Source: a virus
Lineage: Duplodnaviria; Caudoviricetes
Reading direction: 5' to 3' (one strand)
DNA: 64,000 nucleotides
Virus record (IMG/VR): IMGVR_UViG_3300013121_000029
Coordinates: 64,001-128,000 of that record
The notes below the pieces were generated by a model. That model was not told where the DNA came from and made no database searches. It was given only the letters and a program-made list of their open reading frames with translations. Shown here in pieces: positions 48,690 to 59,184 of the stretch; position 1 is the stretch's first letter, and every line of letters starts with the position of its first letter. The position numbers were made by a program, and so were the translations under genes.

Positions 48690-49208
48690 TCAATTTCTTA
48701 TATCATCAATGAATTCTTTAAATTCCTCAACGGTGTACAGTTTATCATTATTCCAAAAACCACACAAATGTACAGTATTATTCATTTGTGCTAATACTTC
48801 TTGTTCAGTCTTGAAACTATCGTGATAGGAATCGTTTTCAAAAAATTTATTAACGTCTAATCCTATTGAATCTTGAGAAATAATAATACCTCTAGTATTC
48901 ATAGATGTTTGATTAACTTGCGAGAGCAATGCACTCATCATTCCTTCGTCTCTATTTCCGATAATCTTAGACCAAGCATAGTAGATGGTTGATGGATGAC
49001 GATTAGCATACAATTGTAACTGAGCTAAAAACATTCTAACGTCAGGAATATCAAACCGTTTCTTGTTTAAAGCTAGTGCACGATACATCGTTCCTTCATA
49101 AGCAAAATTAGGAAGATAATGATCAATTGCTTTTGTTAAATTACCACAACGAATAGCGTGGTGAACATAATTATCGATATGATAAAAATGACCCAAAGGT
49201 TTGGTCAT
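48690..49208 (-). CDS. ADP-ribosyltransferase-like protein
   Basis: GTMYRAL...YAWS...EQEVLA (R-S-ExE). Confidence 0.55.
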   Translation of the reverse strand: MTKPLGHFYHIDNYVHHAIRCGNLTKAIDHYLPNFAYEGTMYRALALNKKRFDIPDVRMFLAQLQLYANRHPSTIYYAWSKIIGNRDEGMMSALLSQVNQTSMNTRGIIISQDSIGLDVNKFFENDSYHDSFKTEQEVLAQMNNTVHLCGFWNNDKLYTVEEFKEFIDDIRN

Positions 49209-49768
49209 ATTGATTTGCCCTTAAGAGCAATAAGAATTGCTCGTCCTTCTTCATCTTTTGCAAACCATTCTTGGTAATCACCAGAGATTTTCCACACCAT
49301 CTCGCCATATCTTAATGTTTCTTCATCACGATGTTTAATAAATGTTTCAATCTCGTGAGTATAATCACCTGGATTGTCTTTCATGCGTGTTAATATATTA
49401 TCAAGTTCAGTAAAAAACGTTGCACGAGCTACTTTTGATTCTGTTTCAATGTTGTGTGGATCTGCGCACAGTTTTGTGAAAAATGTATGCATATACCACC
49501 ATCGATCTAATTTTGCTGTATCAGCAATTAAATCTGAGGTGGAATGATCTAATGGTATCATAGTATTGCAAAATATGTAACATACGGGGGCATTTATGAG
49601 TTTAACTACTTTATTAAAATAATCTTGTGGACAATCTAACCATATTTGTGAAATATGTAAGTTATCAGTATAACCATAAGTATGTTCTGCAATATGATCT
49701 AAAATTGCTCGACGATGAGCATGTTGTTTATTAATACTGTTTTGTTCTAATAATGTTTGTAATTTCAT
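49205..49768 (-). CDS. putative virion-internal protein
   Basis: MKLQTLLEQ. Confidence 0.55.
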   Translation of the reverse strand: MKLQTLLEQNSINKQHAHRRAILDHIAEHTYGYTDNLHISQIWLDCPQDYFNKVVKLINAPVCYIFCNTMIPLDHSTSDLIADTAKLDRWWYMHTFFTKLCADPHNIETESKVARATFFTELDNILTRMKDNPGDYTHEIETFIKHRDEETLRYGEMVWKISGDYQEWFAKDEEGRAILIALKGKSI

Positions 49769-50208
49769 ACATTAATTACCCAACATGGTGTCACACGTTT
49801 TAATATCTGAGCATTATATGTTAATCTATGATGTCCACCTAATAACCAATATTCACCTGTTTGTCTATTCTTTAATAATGTAGGCATAGTGATTTGGGAT
49901 GATTGTTTGTATAATTGTTCAACACGTTGTTTACTTTCAGGTTTCCACTCTGAGTTTTCCCAGGTGTCCCCCGTATTGCCAATGTTTAGTTGTTGTTCAG
50001 GAGTGATGTGTTCAATATCACCATTACGACGATTCATTAATTTGAACATTTTTTCAAATTGCATGTTCTTCATTGCTTTTCTTACCCAATTAGGTAAGAA
50101 TGGTGATTGTTTGTCATTCTCAAATTGAAACACTACCTCGTCGTGCTCCTCATCCACAGACGGAGGGACAAAGTTATGTTTTTGTGGTACTAAATCTGTT
50201 ATCTTCAT
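49765..50208 (-). CDS. ParB/Srx-like domain protein
   Basis: MKITDLV; P.LL...YWLLGGHHRL; TAAATA at 50233-50238. Confidence 0.6.
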   Translation of the reverse strand: MKITDLVPQKHNFVPPSVDEEHDEVVFQFENDKQSPFLPNWVRKAMKNMQFEKMFKLMNRRNGDIEHITPEQQLNIGNTGDTWENSEWKPESKQRVEQLYKQSSQITMPTLLKNRQTGEYWLLGGHHRLTYNAQILKRVTPCWVINV

Positions 50209-50235
50209 TGTATATTCTTACATAATATCAAGTAT

Positions 50236-50820
50236 TTATTCTTGCAACATACATCTATAAAAACAACGTGTATCGGGAATCTTGTTATTAAAATATTTTG
50301 GCCAGTTTGTAAAATTACCATTATTTTCTAACATTAATTTCCAACCAGTCGGATGTTCTAAAGAATAATATTGTGATATTGTGTCCGGATCGAATGGTTG
50401 AATGTCATTATCTTTAATCCAATATAAATTAAATCTATGCCCAATTTCTTTTACTGTATCCACAGCATTTATACTATGTTTATCTCCAAATATAATTTTG
50501 GAGTATCCTTGATTACGTTTAAGAAACCACACAAATAAAGAAGTTATTTTTTGACGTCTCATTTCAGGAATAACATATGCAACTTCAAATAATGCATTAT
50601 TATTTTCTTCTAATACATGAAAAAAAGCAACACATTTATTTTCTTTTTGTATTAGGTAAATAGTATCTTTATAGAATACTTTTAATTCTTCAATATCACC
50701 AATATGTTGATAACTATTAATATCTTTGGCATATTGTTCAAAATACTGGACCAATATATAATCTGTCGATCCAGTCTTCATTGTCATCTCGTGTAGAGAT
50801 ACTATATCAGTTAATTTCAT
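50236..50820 (-). CDS. GNAT-like protein
   Basis: MKLTDIVSLHE; YVIPEMRRQKIT; TAAATA at 50841-50846. Confidence 0.5.
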   Translation of the reverse strand: MKLTDIVSLHEMTMKTGSTDYILVQYFEQYAKDINSYQHIGDIEELKVFYKDTIYLIQKENKCVAFFHVLEENNNALFEVAYVIPEMRRQKITSLFVWFLKRNQGYSKIIFGDKHSINAVDTVKEIGHRFNLYWIKDNDIQPFDPDTISQYYSLEHPTGWKLMLENNGNFTNWPKYFNNKIPDTRCFYRCMLQE

Positions 50821-50843
50821 ACAATAATCCAAATATATAATAT

Positions 50844-52739
50844 TTATTTGTTCTTCAGTGCATCCTCATAAGAATAAGGATACAGAACAGTGTTAACTTG
50901 ATCGTCATTAAGTGCTTTAACACTTTCAAATACTCCTGGATGCTTCTCATTCAAAAATGCTTTAATTTCATGTGAGTTCATTTTACGCACTTCAAGCAAT
51001 TGTTTTGCTAATGACAATACATAGGGTAAATTGTTCTTGATTAAGGTGGTAGTTGCCTCGTATAACTCTTGACTAAGTTTTGTCATTTCATCATTGGATG
51101 GCATAATATCGATGTCATAACGGTAAGAATCAGTTTGTGATGGATCAACAATTGATAATTTTGATTGTCCGCTCGCGGTATTACGGAACATAACAGAAAG
51201 AGCGGTAGTAGCCTCGTAAATATCACGAACACAACCTGAAGTTGCATTTTCTTTACCGAACACCAATTCTTCTGCCACTTTACCAGCATATAAAACTTTA
51301 ACTTTTTGTTTTGTAGCAAAGTCTGAAGGAGCAGATGCAATGTTCCATGCTGCACCGCCAGATGCATTATCATGCAATCTTAACAAGAAAGGAGTGGTAT
51401 TAAATAGTAATATTTGCGCAATGGCGTGGCCACTCTCATGAACAGCAACGAGAGATTGAAAATTTATATCCTTAATAGCATTCTTTCTAATTTCTTCAAC
51501 ATCTGCTTTATAGTAAATCTTATCTCCCTGTGATGAGCACAGGTGAGAATTATCGCATGTAATAGTTATATTAGTATTGTTTTTTGCAATCGCATTAAGA
51601 ATTACATGTGGAAAACAAACATTAGTAAAATCACTAATGGTAGATAACACTGGACGAGTGCCTTGTGCAGGAAATACACTATTGTCGTAAATGAATTTAA
51701 TGATTGTATCATCTTTCATAGATAAAGTAATACCTGATCTTTCCTTTAAGAATGAGAAATAATTATCAAGAGCACGTTTAATAATTTGCTCAAATGCGGT
51801 TCTAGATAATGTTGGATAGGTAATGTGATTATTACCAAAGCGTGCAATTTGTTCAGGTTTAAACCTTCTCAATAATGCATTTTTAATAGTGAGCATATTA
51901 ATACGTTTTGTCATCTCGTGCATTAAATCCGCATCCATATCAGCATCGTCAACATTAAATGCTTCACGGAATGCTTCATCGAGGTTACCAGAAATTACAA
52001 TCAATAATCTACTGTAATCATCATAACTACGCTCGAGGAAATCTTGCTTCTTCAATTTAGTAATAATATTACCAACATCAACTGATGTCCACTTAGTAAT
52101 ATCATCAATACTTTGGTCAAGTTGGAGTTCTTTCTTTAAGTGTTTTGCTCTCCAAGTTGAGATATTTGTATCGTCATCTTCGGTGGAAGAATCCTCACCA
52201 TCTTCTTTTTCTGCTTTTTTCTTTGCTCGGCGATCTTCACTTGCTTTTACGTCAAACAACAAATCAAGCATTTCATCCAAAGCCGAAGTGGTAGGTAATC
52301 TACCATCACTCAACAACATCCAAATATCAGAATATGGATACTCGTTTTTCTCGGAGCCATCTTCTGTTACTGTGCGATAACGTTGAATCTCGTCCAACAG
52401 AAGAATTCCTTGACGATTGGGTTCAATTTTGGAATACTTCAAAGAGCTCGCAATCGTGCCGTAACCTGAAGAATTACCGGACAATTGAATCTCCATGAAA
52501 CTCTCACCAAGTTTGAGCAATGAAGTTAAATTACGAATAAGATCCGTTTTACCAACGCCAGTCATTCCCCACAAACAAATAATAGATGGACGAGTGTTAA
52601 GATCAGGAAAAATATACCATGATGTGATACGATTAATCACATCATCAATAATAAAATCGATACCAAAAAATCGTTTCTTCAATTCTACTCGAGCGTTATC
52701 AAGAACAGCTTTACGTTGGAGAATGGTTTGATAATCCAT
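50844..52739 (-). CDS. soluble AAA+ ATPase fused to M41 (FtsH-type) zinc peptidase
   Basis: WGMTGVGKT, LLLDEIQR, FKPEQIARFG, AVHESGHA, AGKVAEE, SGCVRDI. Confidence 0.8.
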   Translation of the reverse strand: MDYQTILQRKAVLDNARVELKKRFFGIDFIIDDVINRITSWYIFPDLNTRPSIICLWGMTGVGKTDLIRNLTSLLKLGESFMEIQLSGNSSGYGTIASSLKYSKIEPNRQGILLLDEIQRYRTVTEDGSEKNEYPYSDIWMLLSDGRLPTTSALDEMLDLLFDVKASEDRRAKKKAEKEDGEDSSTEDDDTNISTWRAKHLKKELQLDQSIDDITKWTSVDVGNIITKLKKQDFLERSYDDYSRLLIVISGNLDEAFREAFNVDDADMDADLMHEMTKRINMLTIKNALLRRFKPEQIARFGNNHITYPTLSRTAFEQIIKRALDNYFSFLKERSGITLSMKDDTIIKFIYDNSVFPAQGTRPVLSTISDFTNVCFPHVILNAIAKNNTNITITCDNSHLCSSQGDKIYYKADVEEIRKNAIKDINFQSLVAVHESGHAIAQILLFNTTPFLLRLHDNASGGAAWNIASAPSDFATKQKVKVLYAGKVAEELVFGKENATSGCVRDIYEATTALSVMFRNTASGQSKLSIVDPSQTDSYRYDIDIMPSNDEMTKLSQELYEATTTLIKNNLPYVLSLAKQLLEVRKMNSHEIKAFLNEKHPGVFESVKALNDDQVNTVLYPYSYEDALKNK

Positions 52740-52749
52740 GTTTTTTCCT

Positions 52750-53043
52750 TTAAGTTGTTGTATTGTTTAGTTCATCTTGCAAATCAGATATAATAATTTC
52801 TGCTTCTTCATACTTGCCACGATAGTGCTCAGCAGCTGTTCTTAGTTGATCGTTTGCTGATCGTATATCTTCCATTACATCTTCAAGATCGTACAATTCA
52901 GAAGCAATATACTCAAGTTGCTTTAATATATCATATACATCGGATTCGCTTGTAAACTTATGATCGTCAGCATATTTGTATGCTTCGTTAATTTGCTTAA
53001 TAACTTTATCGATCATAGGACAAGTATGTTTAGGTAACTTCAT
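52750..53043 (-). CDS. coiled-coil hypothetical protein
   Basis: HTCPMID...IRSANDQLR. Confidence 0.55.
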   Translation of the reverse strand: MKLPKHTCPMIDKVIKQINEAYKYADDHKFTSESDVYDILKQLEYIASELYDLEDVMEDIRSANDQLRTAAEHYRGKYEEAEIIISDLQDELNNTTT

Positions 53044-53426
53044 ATGTCGAATAGATCTCTCAAGATTATATTTTCATTATACAGTGATTTCTCAGGTATC
53101 TCAACGCCTGTATGTTCGTAAATCCATTTCGCTGCAATGTGTCTATGACAATGTTGTCCCGGAGGCTCGTAACACAATAAAATTGCATTTTCTCCAATGT
53201 CTTCTAATACCTTAAACGGATCAACATTGCGTTGTTTCAATAATTGGAGGTATTGTTCTGTATATTGTTTGTGTGTTATTAATCCTTTTTTACTCTGATG
53301 CACTAACTCCCACGTTGGAGCTAATGGTAGATATATTTTCCCCTTATAGTAAGAGGGTGGTTTTACAGAGATGGCAATCGCATTAGGATCATTACCGTCT
53401 CTTGCATAATTACTTGTGAATATCAT
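53040..53426 (-). CDS. DUF488-like protein
   Basis: LAPTWEL, LLCYE...CHRH. Confidence 0.75.
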   Translation of the reverse strand: MIFTSNYARDGNDPNAIAISVKPPSYYKGKIYLPLAPTWELVHQSKKGLITHKQYTEQYLQLLKQRNVDPFKVLEDIGENAILLCYEPPGQHCHRHIAAKWIYEHTGVEIPEKSLYNENIILRDLFDI

Positions 53427-53916
53427 GCTTATCTAAAAATTTATATGCTTGTTTTAGTACTTTATTCTCAGGATCTGGCTGAAAGCCACCTTCATCATCT
53501 GCCCATTTTCTATCACATTGAGTGCAAATTGTCCAAATCGAACCGCCACGAATAGTTTCTTCATGAGCGCATTGATGTTTTTCGACTTCTCTGATTAATT
53601 GTTTAATTAAAGTAATTGATTCTTTATTATCTTCAGAATTAACAGACATATCCCATGATGTGTTTTTCGACACAAACTCCCACCATAAATGATGTTCGAT
53701 TAATTTAGAATATATTGCTCTTTTAAATTCATCGTCTGTATAATCTCTCACTCTTTTCCAATGATCACTTTCCAATTTATGATGAAGAGTAATAAAATCA
53801 ATAAATGCTTCTCTTATTAAGATTTTTGCAGATTCTTCTTCATTGCCTTTTGATAACAAATAATCAGGAACTTCTACAGTGGTACTAATATGTAATTTCA
53901 TTAAATTAAACCTCAA
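53410..53916 (-). CDS. hypothetical protein
   Basis: CAHEETIRGGSIWTICTQC. Confidence 0.55.
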   Translation of the reverse strand: MRFNLMKLHISTTVEVPDYLLSKGNEEESAKILIREAFIDFITLHHKLESDHWKRVRDYTDDEFKRAIYSKLIEHHLWWEFVSKNTSWDMSVNSEDNKESITLIKQLIREVEKHQCAHEETIRGGSIWTICTQCDRKWADDEGGFQPDPENKVLKQAYKFLDKHDIHK

Positions 53917-53950
53917 ATATTTTTAATTATACATGAGGTTTAGTTTAGGA

Positions 53951-54448
53951 TCAATTGTTATTTAAATAATCATATGCTTTATAATAGTCTTCTGATAACC
54001 AAGGTTTAATTGGTTCAGAATTTCGTTGTTTTGCCATCCATGCAATTACACCAGAATGACCATATGTATTATACATATACAATACTTGTTCAAATTGTTC
54101 AGGATAAATTTCCTCAACATCTCCACAAGCATAATAAAACACATCGTTGGCATTTAAATATACTTGTACAGAACAATCAATTAATTCTTTCATCCATATA
54201 ATATTTTCAATATTATGTAAATTCATGAATGCATCTTGTTGTGTCTCTGTTAATGTTTCAAACCAACTCATAAATGTATCCACACGATCTAAAAATTGTG
54301 TTCCGAAAGCATTCCATCCTTCTTGCCATTTAGTACGTTCTGATTTAACTCCTTCTTTGATAATATATTCTGGATATACTCCCAAACTATCAAAAGCAAT
54401 TTCATAAAATGCTTTTGATGGATCTAACATATATTTTTTATTTGTCAT
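53951..54448 (-). CDS. hypothetical protein
   Basis: AAGGAG RBS. Confidence 0.55.
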   Translation of the reverse strand: MTNKKYMLDPSKAFYEIAFDSLGVYPEYIIKEGVKSERTKWQEGWNAFGTQFLDRVDTFMSWFETLTETQQDAFMNLHNIENIIWMKELIDCSVQVYLNANDVFYYACGDVEEIYPEQFEQVLYMYNTYGHSGVIAWMAKQRNSEPIKPWLSEDYYKAYDYLNNN

Positions 54449-54821
54449 TTTTCTTCTCCTTTAATTTTTTTCCGAAAGATAATACCCATCTTGAGCCTTG
54501 TTCGATAGGAGTAACATAGTGATAAGAGTTGTCAGCACGAAATAGATACATTCTATTTCTCCATTGCCATATCATTTTTTGACATACAAATTGTCCTCCT
54601 TTATCAGCTTTCCATAATTCAATATTGAATCTATAGAGCCGATCACCATTGGATGGATCTTTGTGTTTTGGGATATAAGAACCTTGTTTATAATGAAACA
54701 AGTAACAATCGAATTTAAAAGTGCGGGAAAAAGCTAATGTGAAGATGCGGTAACCAGTTCCGTAGGTATCTTCGCCCCAACGGAATAAACGTAGTGTGGA
54801 TTTTTGAATCTATTTTTTCAT
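54438..54821 (-). CDS. small 2OG-Fe(II) oxygenase with in-frame TAG at codon 4
   Basis: AAGGAG RBS then ATG AAA AAA TAG ATT...; frame continues into IPKHKD...GGQF...HYVT...RWVLS. Confidence 0.65.
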
Positions 54822-54847
54822 GATTGTTTCTCCTTAGTTGTAAGTGT

Positions 54848-55162
54848 TTATTTTGTATTTACTATATTTCCTACTGTTAAAAACGTAACAGCAAAATCTT
54901 GTCCGAATCGTTCAGAAAATTCTACACACTGATTTCTTGCTGTGTCAAGATCATGATGCAAAAAGCCATGATACTCTCCTATTACATGTACAGTATAACA
55001 TGCAAATCTTTCTTCTGCTTTTAACATTGCAACTAATTCATACAATGGTTTATCTTTTAAATGTTGAATGTTTGGTGCAGTTAACGCAACTTTAGGATCG
55101 CCTGTATTAAACACACAAATGATATTATCATTATCATCTAATTTACAAAATCCGTGACGCAT
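54848..55162 (-). CDS. hypothetical protein
   Basis: TAATG coupling. Confidence 0.5.
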   Translation of the reverse strand: MRHGFCKLDDNDNIICVFNTGDPKVALTAPNIQHLKDKPLYELVAMLKAEERFACYTVHVIGEYHGFLHHDLDTARNQCVEFSERFGQDFAVTFLTVGNIVNTK

Positions 55163-56430
55163 TATGCGATATCCAAATATACTTGTTCGAAACCTGAAGT
55201 GGATTTAGTTAAATCAAAATTATCAGCAATAAATTGCTTTACTTTATTTGGATTGATACTATGATGAAAAACAATATTAGGACCATGTTTATCTAACATA
55301 ACAGCATAGATACCATCAAAATATTGCAATCCATCTGCTGTGTTTTGTCCACATTCGTGACTACCGCATTCGTATTCACGTTGTGATACTACTGGAATAC
55401 TGTGTTTTGGATTTTCTTTTAATGGACAATGAAAATGGACAATGCAGTCAGTATCTTTAAATGTGTTGAAGATGATTCTTTGGCTTTGACCACCAACTGA
55501 TGGTTTTGCACCTATTGAGATTACGTTATCTTCTCCATCAGTTTTTACATACACCATTCCATTTTTATCAATGTCGTTAAAATTAGTTTTTCTAATGGAT
55601 GTTAAGAATTCATTATCGCTCAATTTAGCAGCGAAATGTCCTGTTGTGACACCATTAAACTTTTTATATGCTCCTTGCTCAATGCACCAATTAACAACAT
55701 TACGTAAAGCAGGATATACTGCAGCATCATTCCATGTAACAGGAGTACCAGCAACTACTGTTGAACGAGTAAATGACAGATGGGTTCTGTGCCATGCAAT
55801 TTCTACCAATTCACGTAGTGTCTCAACACGATTAGTAGGATCTGATTTGGCATAGTAAGCACCTTCTTCAGGGGTTATAATAATATTATTGCGTGTTTTG
55901 ATGTCATTTGCTAATACTAAATTGACAGATGCTTTTTTGAGTAAATTGAGACCTTGTTTATATTGTTCTGCAGGAGATGCATCGCATGTTGTTTTAAATG
56001 CTACTAAGAAAATATCTTTACGTTTTGCACGAATACGTTTAACAATTTTTTCAGCTGGAACAATATCAATTTGTTGTTGTCCGTTTTTCGTTTGAAGACG
56101 ATCAGCATATTTTCCTGAAACGTTGTCAATGGATCCATCAAAATCACACACTGCAGCATTAAAAAACACTACTTTAGTTTCATTGTTATTGATAATTTCT
56201 GTTATTTTGTCGTTTAGATCATCAGTAGTTACAATAGATGAATTTGGATCAGCCATTTTAGTTAGAACCAATTCAGTGTCCATATTAGTGAATCTATCTC
56301 TACATAACATTGCTATCTGTTTCGCTGTTTCGCCAAATGCTGGTGCTGCTAAGGCAAGATGAGCACGAACATAAGAAAAAGTTCCACCACCAATAACATA
56401 TACTTTCTTTTTAGTTGCCATATTAATCAC
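55162..56430 (-). CDS. CoaB/DFP-like domain fused to class II aldolase/adducin-like domain
   Basis: GGGT, FNAAVCDF, VAFKTT, VLAND; GHFA, PSVG, IVHFH, HG. Confidence 0.65.
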   Translation of the reverse strand: MINMATKKKVYVIGGGTFSYVRAHLALAAPAFGETAKQIAMLCRDRFTNMDTELVLTKMADPNSSIVTTDDLNDKITEIINNNETKVVFFNAAVCDFDGSIDNVSGKYADRLQTKNGQQQIDIVPAEKIVKRIRAKRKDIFLVAFKTTCDASPAEQYKQGLNLLKKASVNLVLANDIKTRNNIIITPEEGAYYAKSDPTNRVETLRELVEIAWHRTHLSFTRSTVVAGTPVTWNDAAVYPALRNVVNWCIEQGAYKKFNGVTTGHFAAKLSDNEFLTSIRKTNFNDIDKNGMVYVKTDGEDNVISIGAKPSVGGQSQRIIFNTFKDTDCIVHFHCPLKENPKHSIPVVSQREYECGSHECGQNTADGLQYFDGIYAVMLDKHGPNIVFHHSINPNKVKQFIADNFDLTKSTSGFEQVYLDIA

Positions 56431-56708
56431 CTACAATTAAATTTGAAATTTCTATCTAATACACTACCTATTCGTTCTGCAGTACAAAAGAAAGGTTTAA
56501 TAATAGTACCATCTCTCGAGATGCAATAACCGTGCATATTATTTTTCTCATATGTGTATATTTTTGTCGCAGTACTAATACAAGTATCAAAATTATGTAC
56601 TTCGACACTAAAGGAAGATGACCCGTTTCCAATATCAGTCATTACAACTAATGTATCAGCAATAGCTGTACTGCTTATTAGACATAGTGTTGAAAATAAG
56701 TATTTCAT
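56427..56708 (-). CDS. small exported protein
   Basis: signal peptide ending AIA, four Cys in the mature part. Confidence 0.5.
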   Translation of the reverse strand: MKYLFSTLCLISSTAIADTLVVMTDIGNGSSSFSVEVHNFDTCISTATKIYTYEKNNMHGYCISRDGTIIKPFFCTAERIGSVLDRNFKFNCR

Positions 56709-56722
56709 TGTTACCTCTTATT

Positions 56723-56797
56723 TGGTGCTCGTGGAGGGAATCGAACCCACAACTAACGATTTTAGGGATCGTTTTTCTACCATTGAATTACACAAGC
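56723..56797 (-). tRNA. tRNA with CUA (amber) anticodon
   Basis: GCTTGTG/CACGAGC-A-CCA; ACGAT-CC-CTA-AA-ATCGT; TTCGATT T-loop. Confidence 0.75.
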
Positions 56798-56964
56798 ATG
56801 TTAGTTTATACAAATAGAATCTCTTGAAATTTCCTCACCATGATAATACAGTGTCACAACATGATACTTATTATCCCAATCCCATTCATCATTAATTGAA
56901 ATTCTCAATCCTTCTATAATTTCTTTCATAATTTCTTTTTTAAGTTCTTCCTTATCAGTATCTG

Positions 56965-57879
56965 TCATGTGAATCTCCTTTCTTTACAAAATCTTTTCCA
57001 ACATTGCGCTGTTGTTTCGTTAGGAAGAAATTCTTCAGCACAACCTAAAACTCCTCCTTTATAAGATCCTTTTCGAGGACCGACTTCATCTTTGAATTCA
57101 ATCTCGAGATATCTCTTGATTTTTCTTCCACCAGGAATATATTTGAAAAATGCTCTTAACCAAGCCCATTTTCCTCTAATCCACTCACGTTCCTCTACGT
57201 TTAAACGTGCTAAAGTAATCGAGTTATCGTATGGATCTTTATATTCGCAATACTTATAAATGGAGCAAGGATCGACGCTTGTTGATGACCAATTATCATA
57301 AGTGCCGTTTTTACGTTCATTATAATTATTTGCATAGTCATCTGATTTTGGAAGGATAAACCAATCATTATATTTGAGGAATAATTTCTCTCTTTCTTTT
57401 CCTTTTACAACCCCTGTTTTATTTTGCCATGGAAAATACAACTGTTGCCATTTAGAACGATGACGATCAGGGCACAAATATTTTCCATCGAGATATAAAG
57501 CATCGTGTCTTACTTGTTGAAAATTCCAAAAATAATTGTATACTTTACTATGATCAGAATTGTAAGGATCGTTGCTAATCCATTGCATTGGTTGAATCCC
57601 ATAGTACGTATGAATATCGTTTTTGTTAATGGAAATTCCATATTGTTTACGAATATAATTCCAATAACCACCTTCTTTATTACTCCAACTATATTGTGAA
57701 GTATCTCTCCATTCTTTTCTCGGAGATACAATTTTAGGACCTATCCACCACCAGGAGTATTTGCCTAACCGTAAATTATACATATTATATGGTAATTCTG
57801 GAGTTTCCCAATCATTGCTAATACTGATAGCAAACAAACTTCCTTCGTACGCTTTGCTTTTTTCTTTTAGTTTAAACAT
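56965..57879 (-). CDS. Trp-rich hypothetical protein
   Basis: 304-aa ORF; FKDEVGPRKGSYKGG. Confidence 0.6.
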   Translation of the reverse strand: MFKLKEKSKAYEGSLFAISISNDWETPELPYNMYNLRLGKYSWWWIGPKIVSPRKEWRDTSQYSWSNKEGGYWNYIRKQYGISINKNDIHTYYGIQPMQWISNDPYNSDHSKVYNYFWNFQQVRHDALYLDGKYLCPDRHRSKWQQLYFPWQNKTGVVKGKEREKLFLKYNDWFILPKSDDYANNYNERKNGTYDNWSSTSVDPCSIYKYCEYKDPYDNSITLARLNVEEREWIRGKWAWLRAFFKYIPGGRKIKRYLEIEFKDEVGPRKGSYKGGVLGCAEEFLPNETTAQCWKRFCKERRFT

Positions 57880-58104
57880 TTTCGTTAATTCTCTTTATTG
57901 AATGTTTCCAATACATCACCATTTCTTTTACAGTTTTATCCATAGCCATAGCGTATTGGTATTGTGACCGTAATTGAGATTGTAAACTTTCATACAATCT
58001 GTTTAACCGTTCATGTAAAAACTCCATTTCTGTTTGCATGATGTTTGGTCAAAATCAATCATTATATTCTCCATTTGTTAATACTTCACTATCGAAGTGA
58101 GAAT

Positions 58105-58133
58105 ATTATAAACGAAGTCTATTTGGATTTCAA
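58105..58133 (-). promoter_or_regulatory. sigma70-type promoter
   Basis: TTGAAA-17-TATAAT. Confidence 0.7.
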
Positions 58134-58219
58134 GCGTTTAAACTCTTCACGAATTTTTTTCAATTGCTCAAGATGAGCTTTATGCTTCTTAAGCAATTGA
58201 TTTAAATTATCATTTGGAT

Positions 58220-58663
58220 TTACTGTTTCCATAAATGATGTTCAATGTCAATTAATTGAGCAGAAATGATAGGTTCAACGATAGTCCAATGTCCTCCGCC
58301 TAAACCACATCCAATCATTGGATAATGAACAGGTAATTGCAAAGATACTGCCATCAAACGAACTTGTTTAAATACTGTTTCGATAGCATCATAATCTACA
58401 TATTTCTTACCATCACGACCATATTTTTCTTGAGTAATGCCATTTACAATCCACAATTGATCAGAAATTTTCACAGGAATAATTTGTCCAAGAAATAATC
58501 TACTTCCTTGCTGATCAAAAACAAAACGATAGTTAACATATACTTGTGGATATTTTTGTTTAATTTGTAAAGCAATCCCTGATCCTTGAACTCCAAGTGA
58601 ATTACATCCTTGGACAATAATTCCTCGTTTAAGAGAAAGAATATCCCCATTAATAGTATTCAT
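58220..58663 (-). CDS. macro domain protein (ADP-ribose processing)
   Basis: GDI, QGCNSLGVQGSGIA, PMIGCGLGGGHW. Confidence 0.85.
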   Translation of the reverse strand: MNTINGDILSLKRGIIVQGCNSLGVQGSGIALQIKQKYPQVYVNYRFVFDQQGSRLFLGQIIPVKISDQLWIVNGITQEKYGRDGKKYVDYDAIETVFKQVRLMAVSLQLPVHYPMIGCGLGGGHWTIVEPIISAQLIDIEHHLWKQ

Positions 58664-58669
58664 TTATTT

Positions 58670-59146
58670 TTACCCTATGGTTGTTAAATTTGAATGTATA
58701 TGTGGAAACTTATTTTTCACATAATTTAAAAATGTTGTTTGTCTGGCTTCGGAGATATGTTGAGATATGTTGTTAATGATTGACATTAACAATTCTTCGT
58801 CTACATTGTTCTCTTTCTGTGTGTTACATAATTCACATAAAATCTGACCATTAGTAGCAGCATCTCTTCCACCTAATGATCGTGGCCATATGTGATCGAA
58901 AGTTAATACTATTGGTTGATCATCTTTAAAATAAGCAAAGCAATAAGAATATTCAATACCGTGCCCTCCTCGTGCCTTCCCTACTACCCAATGTGTCGCA
59001 TGTGTATTGCACTTTCTACAATAACATTCTTTAATCCAATCGTTGTTGGGTAACAATCGAGCGATGGTGGTCTTATATTTTTGATCATTAGATACTTGTT
59101 CAATTGAACATATTTCATCTAGTTTCATTTTAACGAGACGAGTCAT
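58670..59146 (-). CDS. HNH endonuclease
   Basis: CRKC, TFDHIWPRSLGG...N.QILCELCN. Confidence 0.8.
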   Translation of the reverse strand: MTRLVKMKLDEICSIEQVSNDQKYKTTIARLLPNNDWIKECYCRKCNTHATHWVVGKARGGHGIEYSYCFAYFKDDQPIVLTFDHIWPRSLGGRDAATNGQILCELCNTQKENNVDEELLMSIINNISQHISEARQTTFLNYVKNKFPHIHSNLTTIG

Positions 59147-59184
59147 AACATATATCTCTTAATCTGACTATTATACGATAATGT

